Part shown: positions 41,618-51,212 of the stretch, piece by piece
Layout of the letters: each line of letters begins with the position of its first letter
Position numbering within the stretch: the first letter of the stretch is position 1
Translations under genes and position numbers: made by a program
Assembly (NCBI GenBank): GCA_030831315.1
Contig: JAURLI010000024.1
Location: forward strand, 6,565 to 70,564
From: Alphaproteobacteria bacterium
Lineage (GTDB): Bacteria > Pseudomonadota > Alphaproteobacteria > SMXQ01
Length of the DNA stretch: 64,000 bases
Direction: 5' to 3'
Notes under the pieces: generated by a model
What the model was told of the DNA's origin: nothing
What the model saw: the letters and a program-made list of their open reading frames with translations, nothing else
The model's database searches: none

Positions 41618-44416
41618 TTGAGCGAAATTCCCCCGATCCAGAATGCTCCGCCGCCGGCACCGCCGCCGGGCGTCTCGACGATCACCATCGAAGAGGAAAT
41701 GAAGAAGTCGTATCTCGATTACGCGATGAGCGTGATCGTGAGCCGCGCGCTTCCCGACGTCCGTGACGGGCTGAAGCCGGTGCACCGGCGCATCCTCTAC
41801 GCCATGCACGAGAACGGCTACGACTGGAACCGGCCGTTCCGCAAGTCGGCCCGCGTGGTCGGCGACGTCATGGGTAAATACCATCCCCACGGCGACAGCG
41901 CGATCTACGACGCCATGGTGCGCATGGCGCAGGATTTCTCCATGCGCCTGCCGCTGATCCAGGGGCAGGGCAACTTCGGCTCGATGGACGGCGATCCGGC
42001 CGCGGCCATGCGCTATACCGAAGCACGCCTCAGCAAGGCCGCCCATGCGCTGCTCGAAGACATCGACAAGCAGACCGTCGATTACCAGGAAAACTACGAC
42101 TCGACCACGCGCGAGCCCACGGTCCTGCCCGCGCGTTTTCCGAACCTTCTGGTCAACGGCGCCGGCGGCATCGCCGTCGGCATGGCGACCAACATCCCGA
42201 CCCATAACCTGAGCGAAGTGATCGACGCCTGCTGCATGCTGCTCGATAACGCCGACGCCACCATCGAACAGCTGATGGAATGCGTGCCGGGCCCGGATTT
42301 CCCGACCGGCGGGCTGGTCTACGGCTCGGTCGGCATCCGCTCGGCCTTCCATACCGGGCGCGGCTCGGTCGTCATGCGCGGGCGGACCGAGATCGAGGAC
42401 ATCTCGCGCGACCGCAAGGCGATCATCGTCACCGAGGTCCCGTACCAGGTGAACAAGGCCCGCATGATCGAGCAGATCGCCGAAGTCGTGCGCGACAAGA
42501 AGGTCGAAGGCATTTCGGAGCTGCGCGACGAATCGGACCGCCATGGCGTGCGCGTCGTCATCGAGCTGAGGCGCGATGCCATGCACGAAGTGGTGCTGAA
42601 CCAGCTTTTCCGCTTCACGCCGCTGCAGACGTCTTTCGGCGTCAACATGCTGGCGCTCAACGGCGGCCGGCCGGAGATGATGAACCTCAAGCAGATGCTG
42701 GAGGCATTCATCGCCTTCCGCGAAGAGGTCATCACCCGGCGCACCGTATTCGAGCTCGGCAAGGCACGTGAGCGGGCCCACGTCTTGGTCGGCCTCGCCA
42801 TCGCGGTGGCGAACCTCGACGAAATGATCGCGTTGATCCGCGCCGCGCGCGATCCCAACGTCGCCCGCGAAAAGATGATGGCCAAGTCATGGCCCGCCAA
42901 GGATGTGGCGCCGCTGATCAAGCTCATCGACGAGCCGGGGCGCGAAGTCGTGGATGGCGGCTATACGCTGTCCGAAGCCCAGGCCAAGGCGATCCTAGAA
43001 CTGCGCCTGCACCGCCTGACCGGCCTCGAGCGCGACAAGATCGCCGATGAACTGCGCGACGTCTGCAGCCAGATCGCCGAATACCTGGAAATCCTCGTCT
43101 CGCGCGACAAGCTGCGCGGCATCCTGCGCAGCGAATTGTTGGCCATCAAGGAAGAGTTCGGCACCCCGCGCCGTACCCAGCTTCTGGAAGACGAGGCCGA
43201 AGTCGATATCGAGGACCTGATCCAGCGCGAGGACATGGTCGTCACCGTCAGCCATAACGGCTACATCAAGCGCGTGCCGCTGTCGGCCTACCGCGCCCAG
43301 CGCCGCGGCGGTAAGGGCCGCTCGGGCATGGCGACGCGGGAAGAAGACTTCGTCTCGCAGGTGTTCATCGCCAACACCCACGCGCCGGTGCTGTTCTTCT
43401 CCTCGCGGGGCATCGTCTACAAGGAAAAGGTCTACCGCCTGCCGCTGGGCACCCCCCAGGCGCGGGGCAAGGCGCTGGTCAACATGCTGCCGCTCACCGA
43501 GGGCGAAACCATCACCACGCTGATGCCGCTGCCCGAGGACGAAGCGAGCTGGGATCAGCTCCACGTCATGTTTGCCACCGCGTCGGGCAACGTGCGCCGC
43601 AACAAGCTTTCCGATTTCGTCAACGTCATGGCCAACGGCAAGATCGCCATGAAGCTGGACGAGGGCGACCGCCTGATCGCGGTCCGGCCCTGCACCGAAA
43701 ACGACGACGTTCTGCTGGCCGCGCGCACGGGCAAGTGCATCCGCTTCCCGGTGACGGAAGTTCGCGTGTTCTCTGGCCGCAACTCGACGGGCAACCGCGG
43801 CATCATGCTGGCCAAGGGCGACGAGGTCATCTCGATGTCCATCCTGACCCATGTCGATTGCGAGGGCGCCGAACGCGCGGCTTACGTCAAGATGGCAAGC
43901 GCCTTGCGCCGCGGCGCCGACGCCGAGGAAGAAGCCGCTCCGGAACCGGTGGAGGAGGGCGAGGACGCCGCCGGCGAAATCACCCTCAGCCAGGCACACT
44001 TCGACGAACTTGCCGCGCAGGAGCAGTTCATCCTTACCATCGCCGACAACGGCTTCGGCAAGCGCTCGTCGGCCTATGAATACCGAATCACGCGGCGCGG
44101 CGGTAAAGGCATCGAGCTGATGAAGATCGTCTCGAAGGATGCCCGCGTCGTAGCCGCCTTCCCGGTGACCGACGCCGACCAGATCGTCATGGTCAGCGAC
44201 GGCGGCCAGCTGATACGCACCTCCGTTACCGATATCCGCATCGCCGGGCGCTCGACCCGCGGCGTCACCCTGTTCCGCATCGAACAGGACGAGCGCGTCG
44301 TTTCCGTCGCCCACATGGTGGATGTCGGCGAGGACGACGACGCGCCGGAAGACGACGCCGCCGACGCGGACGCACCTATCGTCACCAACGGCTCCGGCGA
44401 GAACGGCAATGGCTGA
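41618..44416 (+). CDS. gyrA: DNA gyrase subunit A
   Basis: Probable TTG start at 41618 just upstream of the conserved [35 protein letters not shown]. It has the GyrA-box region and an acidic C-terminal tail. Confidence 0.95.
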   Translation: MSEIPPIQNAPPPAPPPGVSTITIEEEMKKSYLDYAMSVIVSRALPDVRDGLKPVHRRILYAMHENGYDWNRPFRKSARVVGDVMGKYHPHGDSAIYDAMVRMAQDFSMRLPLIQGQGNFGSMDGDPAAAMRYTEARLSKAAHALLEDIDKQTVDYQENYDSTTREPTVLPARFPNLLVNGAGGIAVGMATNIPTHNLSEVIDACCMLLDNADATIEQLMECVPGPDFPTGGLVYGSVGIRSAFHTGRGSVVMRGRTEIEDISRDRKAIIVTEVPYQVNKARMIEQIAEVVRDKKVEGISELRDESDRHGVRVVIELRRDAMHEVVLNQLFRFTPLQTSFGVNMLALNGGRPEMMNLKQMLEAFIAFREEVITRRTVFELGKARERAHVLVGLAIAVANLDEMIALIRAARDPNVAREKMMAKSWPAKDVAPLIKLIDEPGREVVDGGYTLSEAQAKAILELRLHRLTGLERDKIADELRDVCSQIAEYLEILVSRDKLRGILRSELLAIKEEFGTPRRTQLLEDEAEVDIEDLIQREDMVVTVSHNGYIKRVPLSAYRAQRRGGKGRSGMATREEDFVSQVFIANTHAPVLFFSSRGIVYKEKVYRLPLGTPQARGKALVNMLPLTEGETITTLMPLPEDEASWDQLHVMFATASGNVRRNKLSDFVNVMANGKIAMKLDEGDRLIAVRPCTENDDVLLAARTGKCIRFPVTEVRVFSGRNSTGNRGIMLAKGDEVISMSILTHVDCEGAERAAYVKMASALRRGADAEEEAAPEPVEEGEDAAGEITLSQAHFDELAAQEQFILTIADNGFGKRSSAYEYRITRRGGKGIELMKIVSKDARVVAAFPVTDADQIVMVSDGGQLIRTSVTDIRIAGRSTRGVTLFRIEQDERVVSVAHMVDVGEDDDAPEDDAADADAPIVTNGSGENGNG

Positions 44417-44906
44417 GCGGACCGGAATCTATCCCGGCACCTTCGACCCGATCACGCTCGGGCATCTCGATGTCATTCGCCGCGCCATGCGCGTGGTCGA
44501 CCGCCTGATCGTCGCCGTCGCCTCCAATGACGGCAAGGGCCCGGTGTTTTCCGTGGACGAGCGCGTCGCCATGGTGCGCGAGGACGTCAAGGACCTGGTC
44601 GCCAAGGGCGCCCGCATCGAAGTGACCGAATTCGACGGCCTGCTTGTCTCCTTCGCCGAGCAGCAGGGCGCCGGGCTGATCGTGCGGGGCCTGCGCGCTG
44701 TTTCGGATTTCGAGTACGAGTTCCAGATGGTCGGCATGAATTCGCGCCTGAAACCGGAAATCGAAACCGTGTTCCTGATGGCATCCGACCGTCACCAGTT
44801 CATTTCATCGCGCTTCGTCAAGGAAATCTGCCGGTTGGGTGGCGAAATCAACCAGTTCGTGACGCCCGCCGTGGCGACCCGCCTGAAGGCCCATTTCGGC
44901 GTCTAA
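44409..44906 (+). CDS. coaD: Phosphopantetheine adenylyltransferase
   Basis: ATG 44409 overlaps the gyrA stop. [17 protein letters not shown] carries the T/HxGH nucleotidyltransferase motif. Confidence 0.9.
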   Translation: MAERTGIYPGTFDPITLGHLDVIRRAMRVVDRLIVAVASNDGKGPVFSVDERVAMVREDVKDLVAKGARIEVTEFDGLLVSFAEQQGAGLIVRGLRAVSDFEYEFQMVGMNSRLKPEIETVFLMASDRHQFISSRFVKEICRLGGEINQFVTPAVATRLKAHFGV

Positions 44907-44979
44907 GGGCCTTCCGGCCCGCCGTCCGAAGGTCTACCATTCTCCAAAATCAAAAAGCAGTTTTATGGGAGGATGAACC

Positions 44980-45786
44980 ATGGCCGGACGGCTGCGTTAT
45001 CTCGCCTTTCTCAGCAACGACCCCGACTCTATCGCCGGGTTCTACATGCGCCATCTCGGGCTGGAGGAACTCGGCCGCTCGAACCAGGGCGACGTCTCCA
45101 TCACAGATGGGTACATGAACCTCACCTTCCTCAAGGCCCGCGACGAGTTGATCGAACCCGACCGCTCGATCGGCCTGCACCATGTCGGGTTGCAGGTCGA
45201 CAACATGGAGCGGGTCACGACCCGCTACCGCGACATCAATCCCCGCGGCATGGTCATCGAGGAAGCGGGCGGCATCCATTTCGGCGAGTGCCGCATATAC
45301 GATCCGGAGGCGCGGCCGATCACCCTTTCGACCGGCGATTTCGGCGTCGGCGGCGACGAATCCCGAACCCCGCGCGTCGCCCACATCGCCTACAATGCGC
45401 TCGACCCCACGGCGGTCATGCAGTTCTATGAATCGCTGTTCAATTTCCACGAACTCGATACGTCCTTCGAGCGCCGCCACCAGAAGCGTCTCAACCGCTT
45501 CATGGGTGACAGTCGGGTCAACCTCGCCATCCATCCCTTCTACAACGGAGCGCCCGAAGGTCACGAGATGCGCTTCGGCGTCAATCATTTCGGCTTCATC
45601 GTCGCCGACATGGAGCAGAAACTCGCCGCCATCTCGGCCGAACGCGGCGAAGTGGCCAAGCGCCCGGCGACGCGACCCTACGCCGAATACCGGGCGCAGG
45701 ACGCCGAAGGCAACCGCTTCGACCTCACTTACAAGAAGGGCTGGGAAGTCGATCTCGGCGTCTGGGTGCGGGGTGCGGCCGAATAG
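44980..45786 (+). CDS. Two-domain VOC (glyoxalase/bleomycin-resistance/extradiol-dioxygenase) family protein
   Basis: 268 aa with the RBS gggagga. It has tandem VOC modules (GLHHVGLQVDNME..., VNHFGFIVADME...). It is a paralogue of the 59537..60343 gene. Confidence 0.65.
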   Translation: MAGRLRYLAFLSNDPDSIAGFYMRHLGLEELGRSNQGDVSITDGYMNLTFLKARDELIEPDRSIGLHHVGLQVDNMERVTTRYRDINPRGMVIEEAGGIHFGECRIYDPEARPITLSTGDFGVGGDESRTPRVAHIAYNALDPTAVMQFYESLFNFHELDTSFERRHQKRLNRFMGDSRVNLAIHPFYNGAPEGHEMRFGVNHFGFIVADMEQKLAAISAERGEVAKRPATRPYAEYRAQDAEGNRFDLTYKKGWEVDLGVWVRGAAE

Positions 45787-45883
45787 GCGGCGATTGGGCG
45801 CTTCGCAGCGCCGGAAACCCGGGCTTTCCTGGCCGCGCCTGCCGTGCTAAACCGACCGCGCGCCTGATCAAATCAGGCTCGGT

Positions 45884-45958
45884 GGGCCGGTAGCTCAGCG
45901 GTAGAGCAGCTGCCTTTTAAGCAGCGGGCCATGGGTTCGATTCCCATCCGGCTCACCA
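45884..45958 (+). tRNA. tRNA-Lys (anticodon UUU)
   Basis: A cloverleaf was folded by hand. The acceptor GGGCCGG/CCGGCTC has one G-U pair. Stems are D GCTC/GAGC, anticodon GCTGC/GCAGC with loop CTTTTAA, and T ATGGG/CCCAT with loop TTCGATT. Discriminator A and an encoded CCA are present. Confidence 0.85.
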
Positions 45959-45990
45959 ATTTTTCCGCCGATATCCGGATTTCGGAACCC

Positions 45991-46422
45991 TTAGCCGTGC
46001 GTGACGTAGTCGCGCAGGGCAGCCGCCTCGTGCTCGATTTCATCGACACGCACGCGCACGACGTCACCGATCGAAACAAGACCGACGAGCGCTCCATCCT
46101 CGCAGACGGGCAGATGGCGGAAGCGCCGCTCCGTCATCACGCCCATCAGTCTGGCCGCATCGTCGTCGGGACGACAGGTCGTGACCTCGCGGGTCATGAC
46201 GGCGGAGGCGGGCAGGGACAATGCCTCCTCGCCGCGCTCGGCAAGAATGCGGATGATGTCGCGCTCGGACAGGATGCCGTCCACGTGCAGGCGGTCGGAA
46301 CTTATGACGACCGCGCCGATACGGCAGGAATGAAGAAGCTTGCTGATTTCCGCGATGCTGGCATCAGGACGCGCGGTTACGACATTCGCGCCCTTGTGCT
46401 GAAGAATGGTGGCGACGTTCAT
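45991..46422 (-). CDS. CBS-pair domain protein
   Basis: Start is taken at MNVATILQHKG (ATG 46422, RBS ggagga). Two CBS motifs are present. Confidence 0.75.
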   Translation of the reverse strand: MNVATILQHKGANVVTARPDASIAEISKLLHSCRIGAVVISSDRLHVDGILSERDIIRILAERGEEALSLPASAVMTREVTTCRPDDDAARLMGVMTERRFRHLPVCEDGALVGLVSIGDVVRVRVDEIEHEAAALRDYVTHG

Positions 46423-46517
46423 GGTCTCCTCCAAGTGCAATTGCACGGTAGGGAAATGATAGCAGACTGCCAGTCTTCCGGGGCAGAAGATCGCAAGTCT
46501 CTGAAATGAAAAAAAAG

Positions 46518-46994
46518 TCAGGCGGCGACGCGGCCCGGACGGGTGACGATGAACAGCGCCACGGGGATCAGGCAGGCAGCGACGACGACAGGAACCCACC
46601 ATGGGGTTTTGGCGACGAAGGTCACGATGACCATGCTCAGGCTCATCATGCTGACGGCCAGAATCTTGGCGTGCGTCGGGATCACGCGATGGGCGTGCCA
46701 GTCACGTAGGGGCTTGCCGAAACGGGGATGATCGTAAAGCCAGCGATGGAAACGCACCGAGCTTTTCGAAAATGCCCAAAGCGCCATCAGCAGAAACACC
46801 GTGGTCGGCATGACCGGAAGGAACATGCCGGCGACGCCCAACCCGACGTTGGTCAAGCCGAAGGCCATCAGGGCGTAGCGCACCAGCGTGCAGACGAAGG
46901 GAACCTCGTCGCAAAAGGACGACGCGGCGCCTCCGTCGTTATCGACGGGGCAGGCGGGGGCAATCGGGTGCAGGGTCGGATGATCGGGCGTCAT
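46518..46994 (-). CDS. DUF454/YbaN-family inner-membrane protein
   Basis: FGLTNVGLGVAGMFLPVMPTTVFLLMALWAFSKSS is a YbaN-like core. Confidence 0.6.
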   Translation of the reverse strand: MTPDHPTLHPIAPACPVDNDGGAASSFCDEVPFVCTLVRYALMAFGLTNVGLGVAGMFLPVMPTTVFLLMALWAFSKSSVRFHRWLYDHPRFGKPLRDWHAHRVIPTHAKILAVSMMSLSMVIVTFVAKTPWWVPVVVAACLIPVALFIVTRPGRVAA

Positions 46995-47049
46995 AAGCCC
47001 ATCATCGCCATTTTACCTAAATACCTAGTTAAAAAGTATGAATAGCAGT

Positions 47050-47430
47050 TCAGTCGTTGCGGACGGCGGACATCGCCTTCATCCGCACCTGGCCGAGAAA
47101 CTGCTCGTCCGAACGGGGATGAACGGTAACCATGAATTCCTTGGCCGGAGCATGGGCGGCGGCAACCGCGCGGGCAGCTTCAGCCGAGGGCGCGGTAATG
47201 GTCATCAGCGACATCCGCGCGCTGCCGTCAGCGCCGGCGTAAATGAACTGTGCTGTCCACACCTGGGGTTCGGCTGATTTCGGCGCGGGCTTTGCCTTGG
47301 CGACGGGGACCCCAGAAGCCTTGCGCGCCACGCGGCGCTTCTTCGGCGCGGGCTTCGCCTTGGTCACGGCCGCGGGCTTGCAGCGAACGCGCTTCTTCGG
47401 CGCGGGCATATCAACGTCGGTAGCGGTCAT
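47050..47430 (-). CDS. Hypothetical protein with histone-H1-like Lys/Ala/Pro-rich N-terminus (AKPAPKK repeats) and a small C-terminal domain
   Basis: Start is taken at MTATDV (ATG 47430). I recognised no family. Confidence 0.4.
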   Translation of the reverse strand: MTATDVDMPAPKKRVRCKPAAVTKAKPAPKKRRVARKASGVPVAKAKPAPKSAEPQVWTAQFIYAGADGSARMSLMTITAPSAEAARAVAAAHAPAKEFMVTVHPRSDEQFLGQVRMKAMSAVRND

Positions 47431-47856
47431 TTGCCGCTCGATTCGGCGCGGCCGGCGACGGGCTGCTCGTAGCAATCGACACGGCCGAGCGAACGGTAAC
47501 AGTAATTGTGCGCCACGGTTTCACGGTTTCGGTACGGCAGGCAACGTCGTTCAGGAACGGCGCGCCGCGCTTTTCACAGATCCGGTAAACCGTGACCTAG
47601 CGGCCCTTTTTGTCGACCATCAGGGTCCATGTCACATCGGGCTTCGGCGTCTCGCAGGCGGCAAGGGCCAAGGTCAAAAGAGCCGGAACCCCTTTCGGGA
47701 CCGGCTGGCTCGCAGCACAGGGGGCAGGGGCATCGGTACGGCGCATCCGTCGATTTTGATTTAAATCCGGTCAATAAATCGTTAACCGTTGCCCGATCAC
47801 GCCAGATTTCCGGTGGCCGCTGGAGTAAAGCCCACCGCAGGAGTACACTGCCCGCC

Positions 47857-48633
47857 ATGCACGACAAGCCTACCGGTGCCCCGGAAACGGGGCAAAATCC
47901 GCCTCCCAAGCCGACCGTTCGCCATCGCATCGGCGCCCGCCTGCGCACTTACCTGCTTGCCGGCGTGCTGGTAACGGCGCCGCTCGGCCTGACCATCTAT
48001 TTCGCCTGGGCCTTCATCGACTGGATGGACCAGAAGGTCATGCCGCTGGTTCCGATGAAGTACCATCCGGAAACCTACCTGCCGTTCACCATTCCCGGGC
48101 TCGGACTGATCATCGCCCTTCTCGTGCTGATCACCATCGGCCTGCTGACCGCGAGCCTGCTGGGCCGCACCTTCCTGAACCTTTCAGAGCGCATCCTTCA
48201 CCGCATGCCGGTGGTGCGCAGCATTTACAGCACCCTCAAGCAGGTGTTCGAAACCCTGCTCAGCCACCAGTCCGATGCCTTCCGCCAGGTGGTGATGATC
48301 GAATACCCGCGCCGCGGATTGTGGGCGCTCGGCTTTCTCACCGGCCCGACGGTGGGCGAGGTGCAGAACATGACCAAGGAACGCGTCCTCAACGTCTTCC
48401 TGCCGACAACGCCGAACCCGACCTCGGGCTTCCTGCTGTTCGTGCCCGAAGAAGACGTCGTCGTGATGCAGATGTCGGTCGAAGAGGGCATCAAGATGGT
48501 CATGTCGGGCGGCATCGTCACGCCGCCGGACCGCCGTCCGAAGTCGGTTCAGGAAGTGCCGGTGGTTTCCGCCAAGACTTACGAAAACCTCGACATCATG
48601 CGCGAAAAGGACAACGTGCTGCCAAGCCGCTAG
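47857..48633 (+). CDS. DUF502-family membrane protein
   Basis: ATG 47857 (MHDKPTG...). It has two TM helices and a conserved DUF502-like core (VLNVFLPTTPNPTSGFLLFVPEEDV). Confidence 0.6.
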   Translation: MHDKPTGAPETGQNPPPKPTVRHRIGARLRTYLLAGVLVTAPLGLTIYFAWAFIDWMDQKVMPLVPMKYHPETYLPFTIPGLGLIIALLVLITIGLLTASLLGRTFLNLSERILHRMPVVRSIYSTLKQVFETLLSHQSDAFRQVVMIEYPRRGLWALGFLTGPTVGEVQNMTKERVLNVFLPTTPNPTSGFLLFVPEEDVVVMQMSVEEGIKMVMSGGIVTPPDRRPKSVQEVPVVSAKTYENLDIMREKDNVLPSR

Positions 48634-48636
48634 GCG

Positions 48637-50745
48637 TCAGCCCGATCGCGCGTAGCCGACCGCCGCATCCCGTTCAAAAAGATAGAGCAGGACCCTGAGC
48701 GCATCGCCACGCGCGCCAGCAAGGCCCGGGTTCTTGCTCAGGATCAGCGACGCATCGTCGCGCGCCATCTGCATCAACTCGCCATGAACAGCGAGATCGG
48801 CGAGCCGGAAAGCGGGCAGGCCCGACTGCCGCGTACCCAGGATTTCACCGGCACCGCGCAGGCGCAGGTCTTCCTCAGCGATGCGGAATCCGTCGTCGGT
48901 TTCGCGCAGGATCTTGAGGCGCTCGCGTGCCGTGGCACTTAAGGGTTCAGCGTAGAGCAGCAGGCAGGTCGCCGCCCGCCCGCCGCGGCCGATGCGCCCG
49001 CGCAGCTGGTGCAGCTGGGCAAGGCCGAAGCGCTCGGCATGCTCGATCACCATCACCGTCGCCGCGGGGACGTCGACGCCGACCTCGATCACCGTGGTGG
49101 ACACGAGAACCCGGGTCCGGCCCTCGGCGAAGGCGGCGACGGCGGCGTCCTTTTCGGCGGCGCGCATCTTGCCGTGAACGAGGCCGACGCGGCCCGGAAA
49201 GACGCGCTCAAGCGCCGCAAAGCGCTCCTCGGCGGCGGCAAGATCGCTTACTTCGGATTCGGCGACCAGCGGGCAGACCCAGAACACGCTGCCCGGTTCG
49301 TGTCCCGAAGGCGCGCCCCGGCTCACACCGATTTCGCGCCCTACCGCGCCCACGACATCACCAAGGCGCTTTAGCGGAACTGTGCGCGTATCCACCGCCT
49401 GGCGCCCGGCGGGTTTTTCCGTCAGGCGGGAAACGTCGAGATCGCCATAGGCCAGCAGCGTCAGCGTCCGCGGAATCGGCGTCGCCGTCATCACCAGAAC
49501 GTCGACCGCGTTGCCCTTGGCGGCAAGCGATAGGCGTTGCGCCACGCCGAAGCGGTGCTGTTCATCGACCACGGCCAGCGCGAGATCCTTGTAGGCAACG
49601 TCGTCCTGAATGACGGCATGGGTACCGACGACAGCGGCGATGTCGCCCGCGGCCAGCGCTTCCAGGGTCGCTCGACGCGGCGCACCTCGATCGCGGCCCG
49701 TCAGCAGTGCGAGGCGCAGGCCCGCCGCCTCGAACAACGGTGCGAGGGTGGCGAAATGCTGGCGGGCGAGAATCTCGGTCGGCGCCATCAGCGCCGACTG
49801 GCGACCTGCTTCCGCCGCCGCCAGCATGGCGAGCGCCGCCACCACCGTCTTGCCCGATCCGACATCGCCCTGCAGCAGGCGCAGCATGCGCTGGGGCGCT
49901 TCCATGTCGGCGATGATTTCGTCGAGCGCCTGCTTCTGGCCCGAAGTCAGCCTGAAGGACAGGGCCGCCAGCGCCAGTCGGCGCAGGCGCCCGTCGCCCG
50001 CCGTCTTGCGCCCGCCCTGGCGGCGCATGTGGGCGCGTACCAGCGCCATGGCAAGCTGGCTCGCCAACAGCTCGTCGTAGGCAAGGCGCCGGCGCGCCTT
50101 CGATTCGGGAGAAAGATCGTCAGAGGTCTGCGGCGCCTGCGCGGCACGAAGCGCCTCGCGCCAGCCCGCCCAGCCTTCGCGCTTGAGCAGCGCCGGATCA
50201 TGCCATTCGGGCAGGTCGGACAGGTCGTCGAGGGCCGCACCGATGGCACGCGCCAGCGTCTTGGGCGACAGGCCCTGGGTCAACGGCCAGACGGGCTCTA
50301 CCGCCGCCAGCTGGTCGCGCTCTTCCAGCAATGCGATGTGGTCGGGGTGGGTCATCTGGCGGGTACCCCGGAAATCCTCGACCCGGCCCGAGACAACCCG
50401 CGTTTCGCCAACCGGCAGGTTCTTCATCAGCCAGTCCTCGCGCGCATTGAAGAACACGAGGTCTATGCGCCCGGTCTCGTCGTATACGCGCACGCGGTAG
50501 GGCACGCGCCGGTTGGGCGGCTTGGCGTGCTTGTCCACGGTAACGGTGATCGTCGCCACCTGGCCGGGTGGCGCGTCCTTGATCTTGGGCGCAAAACGCC
50601 GGTCGATCAGCCCGGCAGGCAGGTGCCAGAGCAGATCCACGACCTTGGAGCCGGCCAGCCGCTCGACCAGCTTGCCGACGCGCGGCCCGATGCCGGGCAG
50701 GGCGGTGACCGGGCGAAACAGGGGGTTGAGGATCTGCGGGCGCAT
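48637..50745 (-). CDS. recG: ATP-dependent DNA helicase RecG
   Basis: 702 aa with an N-terminal wedge domain and helicase motifs (GDVGSGKT, DEQHRFG). Confidence 0.9.
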   Translation of the reverse strand: MRPQILNPLFRPVTALPGIGPRVGKLVERLAGSKVVDLLWHLPAGLIDRRFAPKIKDAPPGQVATITVTVDKHAKPPNRRVPYRVRVYDETGRIDLVFFNAREDWLMKNLPVGETRVVSGRVEDFRGTRQMTHPDHIALLEERDQLAAVEPVWPLTQGLSPKTLARAIGAALDDLSDLPEWHDPALLKREGWAGWREALRAAQAPQTSDDLSPESKARRRLAYDELLASQLAMALVRAHMRRQGGRKTAGDGRLRRLALAALSFRLTSGQKQALDEIIADMEAPQRMLRLLQGDVGSGKTVVAALAMLAAAEAGRQSALMAPTEILARQHFATLAPLFEAAGLRLALLTGRDRGAPRRATLEALAAGDIAAVVGTHAVIQDDVAYKDLALAVVDEQHRFGVAQRLSLAAKGNAVDVLVMTATPIPRTLTLLAYGDLDVSRLTEKPAGRQAVDTRTVPLKRLGDVVGAVGREIGVSRGAPSGHEPGSVFWVCPLVAESEVSDLAAAEERFAALERVFPGRVGLVHGKMRAAEKDAAVAAFAEGRTRVLVSTTVIEVGVDVPAATVMVIEHAERFGLAQLHQLRGRIGRGGRAATCLLLYAEPLSATARERLKILRETDDGFRIAEEDLRLRGAGEILGTRQSGLPAFRLADLAVHGELMQMARDDASLILSKNPGLAGARGDALRVLLYLFERDAAVGYARSG

Positions 50746-50933
50746 CGGGGTGTGGGCGGGCTCTCCGGGGCCACCGAGACTGGGCGGCTGACAGGGCTGT
50801 CGTGAAGGCTTATATCCTACGCAGCTATCCTAAGCAGCCCTGTGCCCCCTGTCATGCCGCCGCTCCGCCCAGAGCGGCCAAGGACCGGGGCAGAGGGTGA
50901 AGTGCGTTCAATATTTGCCTGAAAGGCCCGCCG

Positions 50934-51212
50934 ATGGCCCAAAACGAAGATCTCGCAAAGCGCCGCAAGCGCCTCCTGTACCAGGCCAACCACCGCGGCA
51001 CCCAGGAATCCGACCTCGTCATCGGCGGCTTCGCGCGCGCCCATCTCGACGACTTCGGGGCGGACGACCTCGACCGCTTCGAGGCCCTGATCAGCCTGAC
51101 CGATGCCGACCTGATGGACTGGATTTCCGGCCGCACGGAACCCCCGGAACACCTGCGCGGACCCATTCTTGACCTCATGATCGACTTTAAGAATAAGATG
51201 TTAAATAATTGA
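50934..51212 (+). CDS. sdhE: FAD assembly factor SdhE (succinate dehydrogenase assembly factor 2)
   Basis: 92 aa with the RGxxE motif (HRGTQESD). It sits between recG and mfd as in many alphaproteobacteria. Confidence 0.65.
   Translation: MAQNEDLAKRRKRLLYQANHRGTQESDLVIGGFARAHLDDFGADDLDRFEALISLTDADLMDWISGRTEPPEHLRGPILDLMIDFKNKMLNN

Noticed and set aside
45884-45958. tRNA-Lys as a possible genomic-island integration site
   Set aside because: No integrase, direct-repeat copy of the tRNA 3' end, or compositional shift is visible nearby. The flanking genes (coaD, VOC, CBS, recG) look chromosomal.
47574-47948. 124-aa minus-strand ORF in the intergenic region between the Lys-rich protein and the DUF502 gene
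   Set aside because: It has no RBS, a Cys/Arg/Pro-rich unstructured translation, and it overlaps the DUF502 start. It is probably non-coding promoter region.
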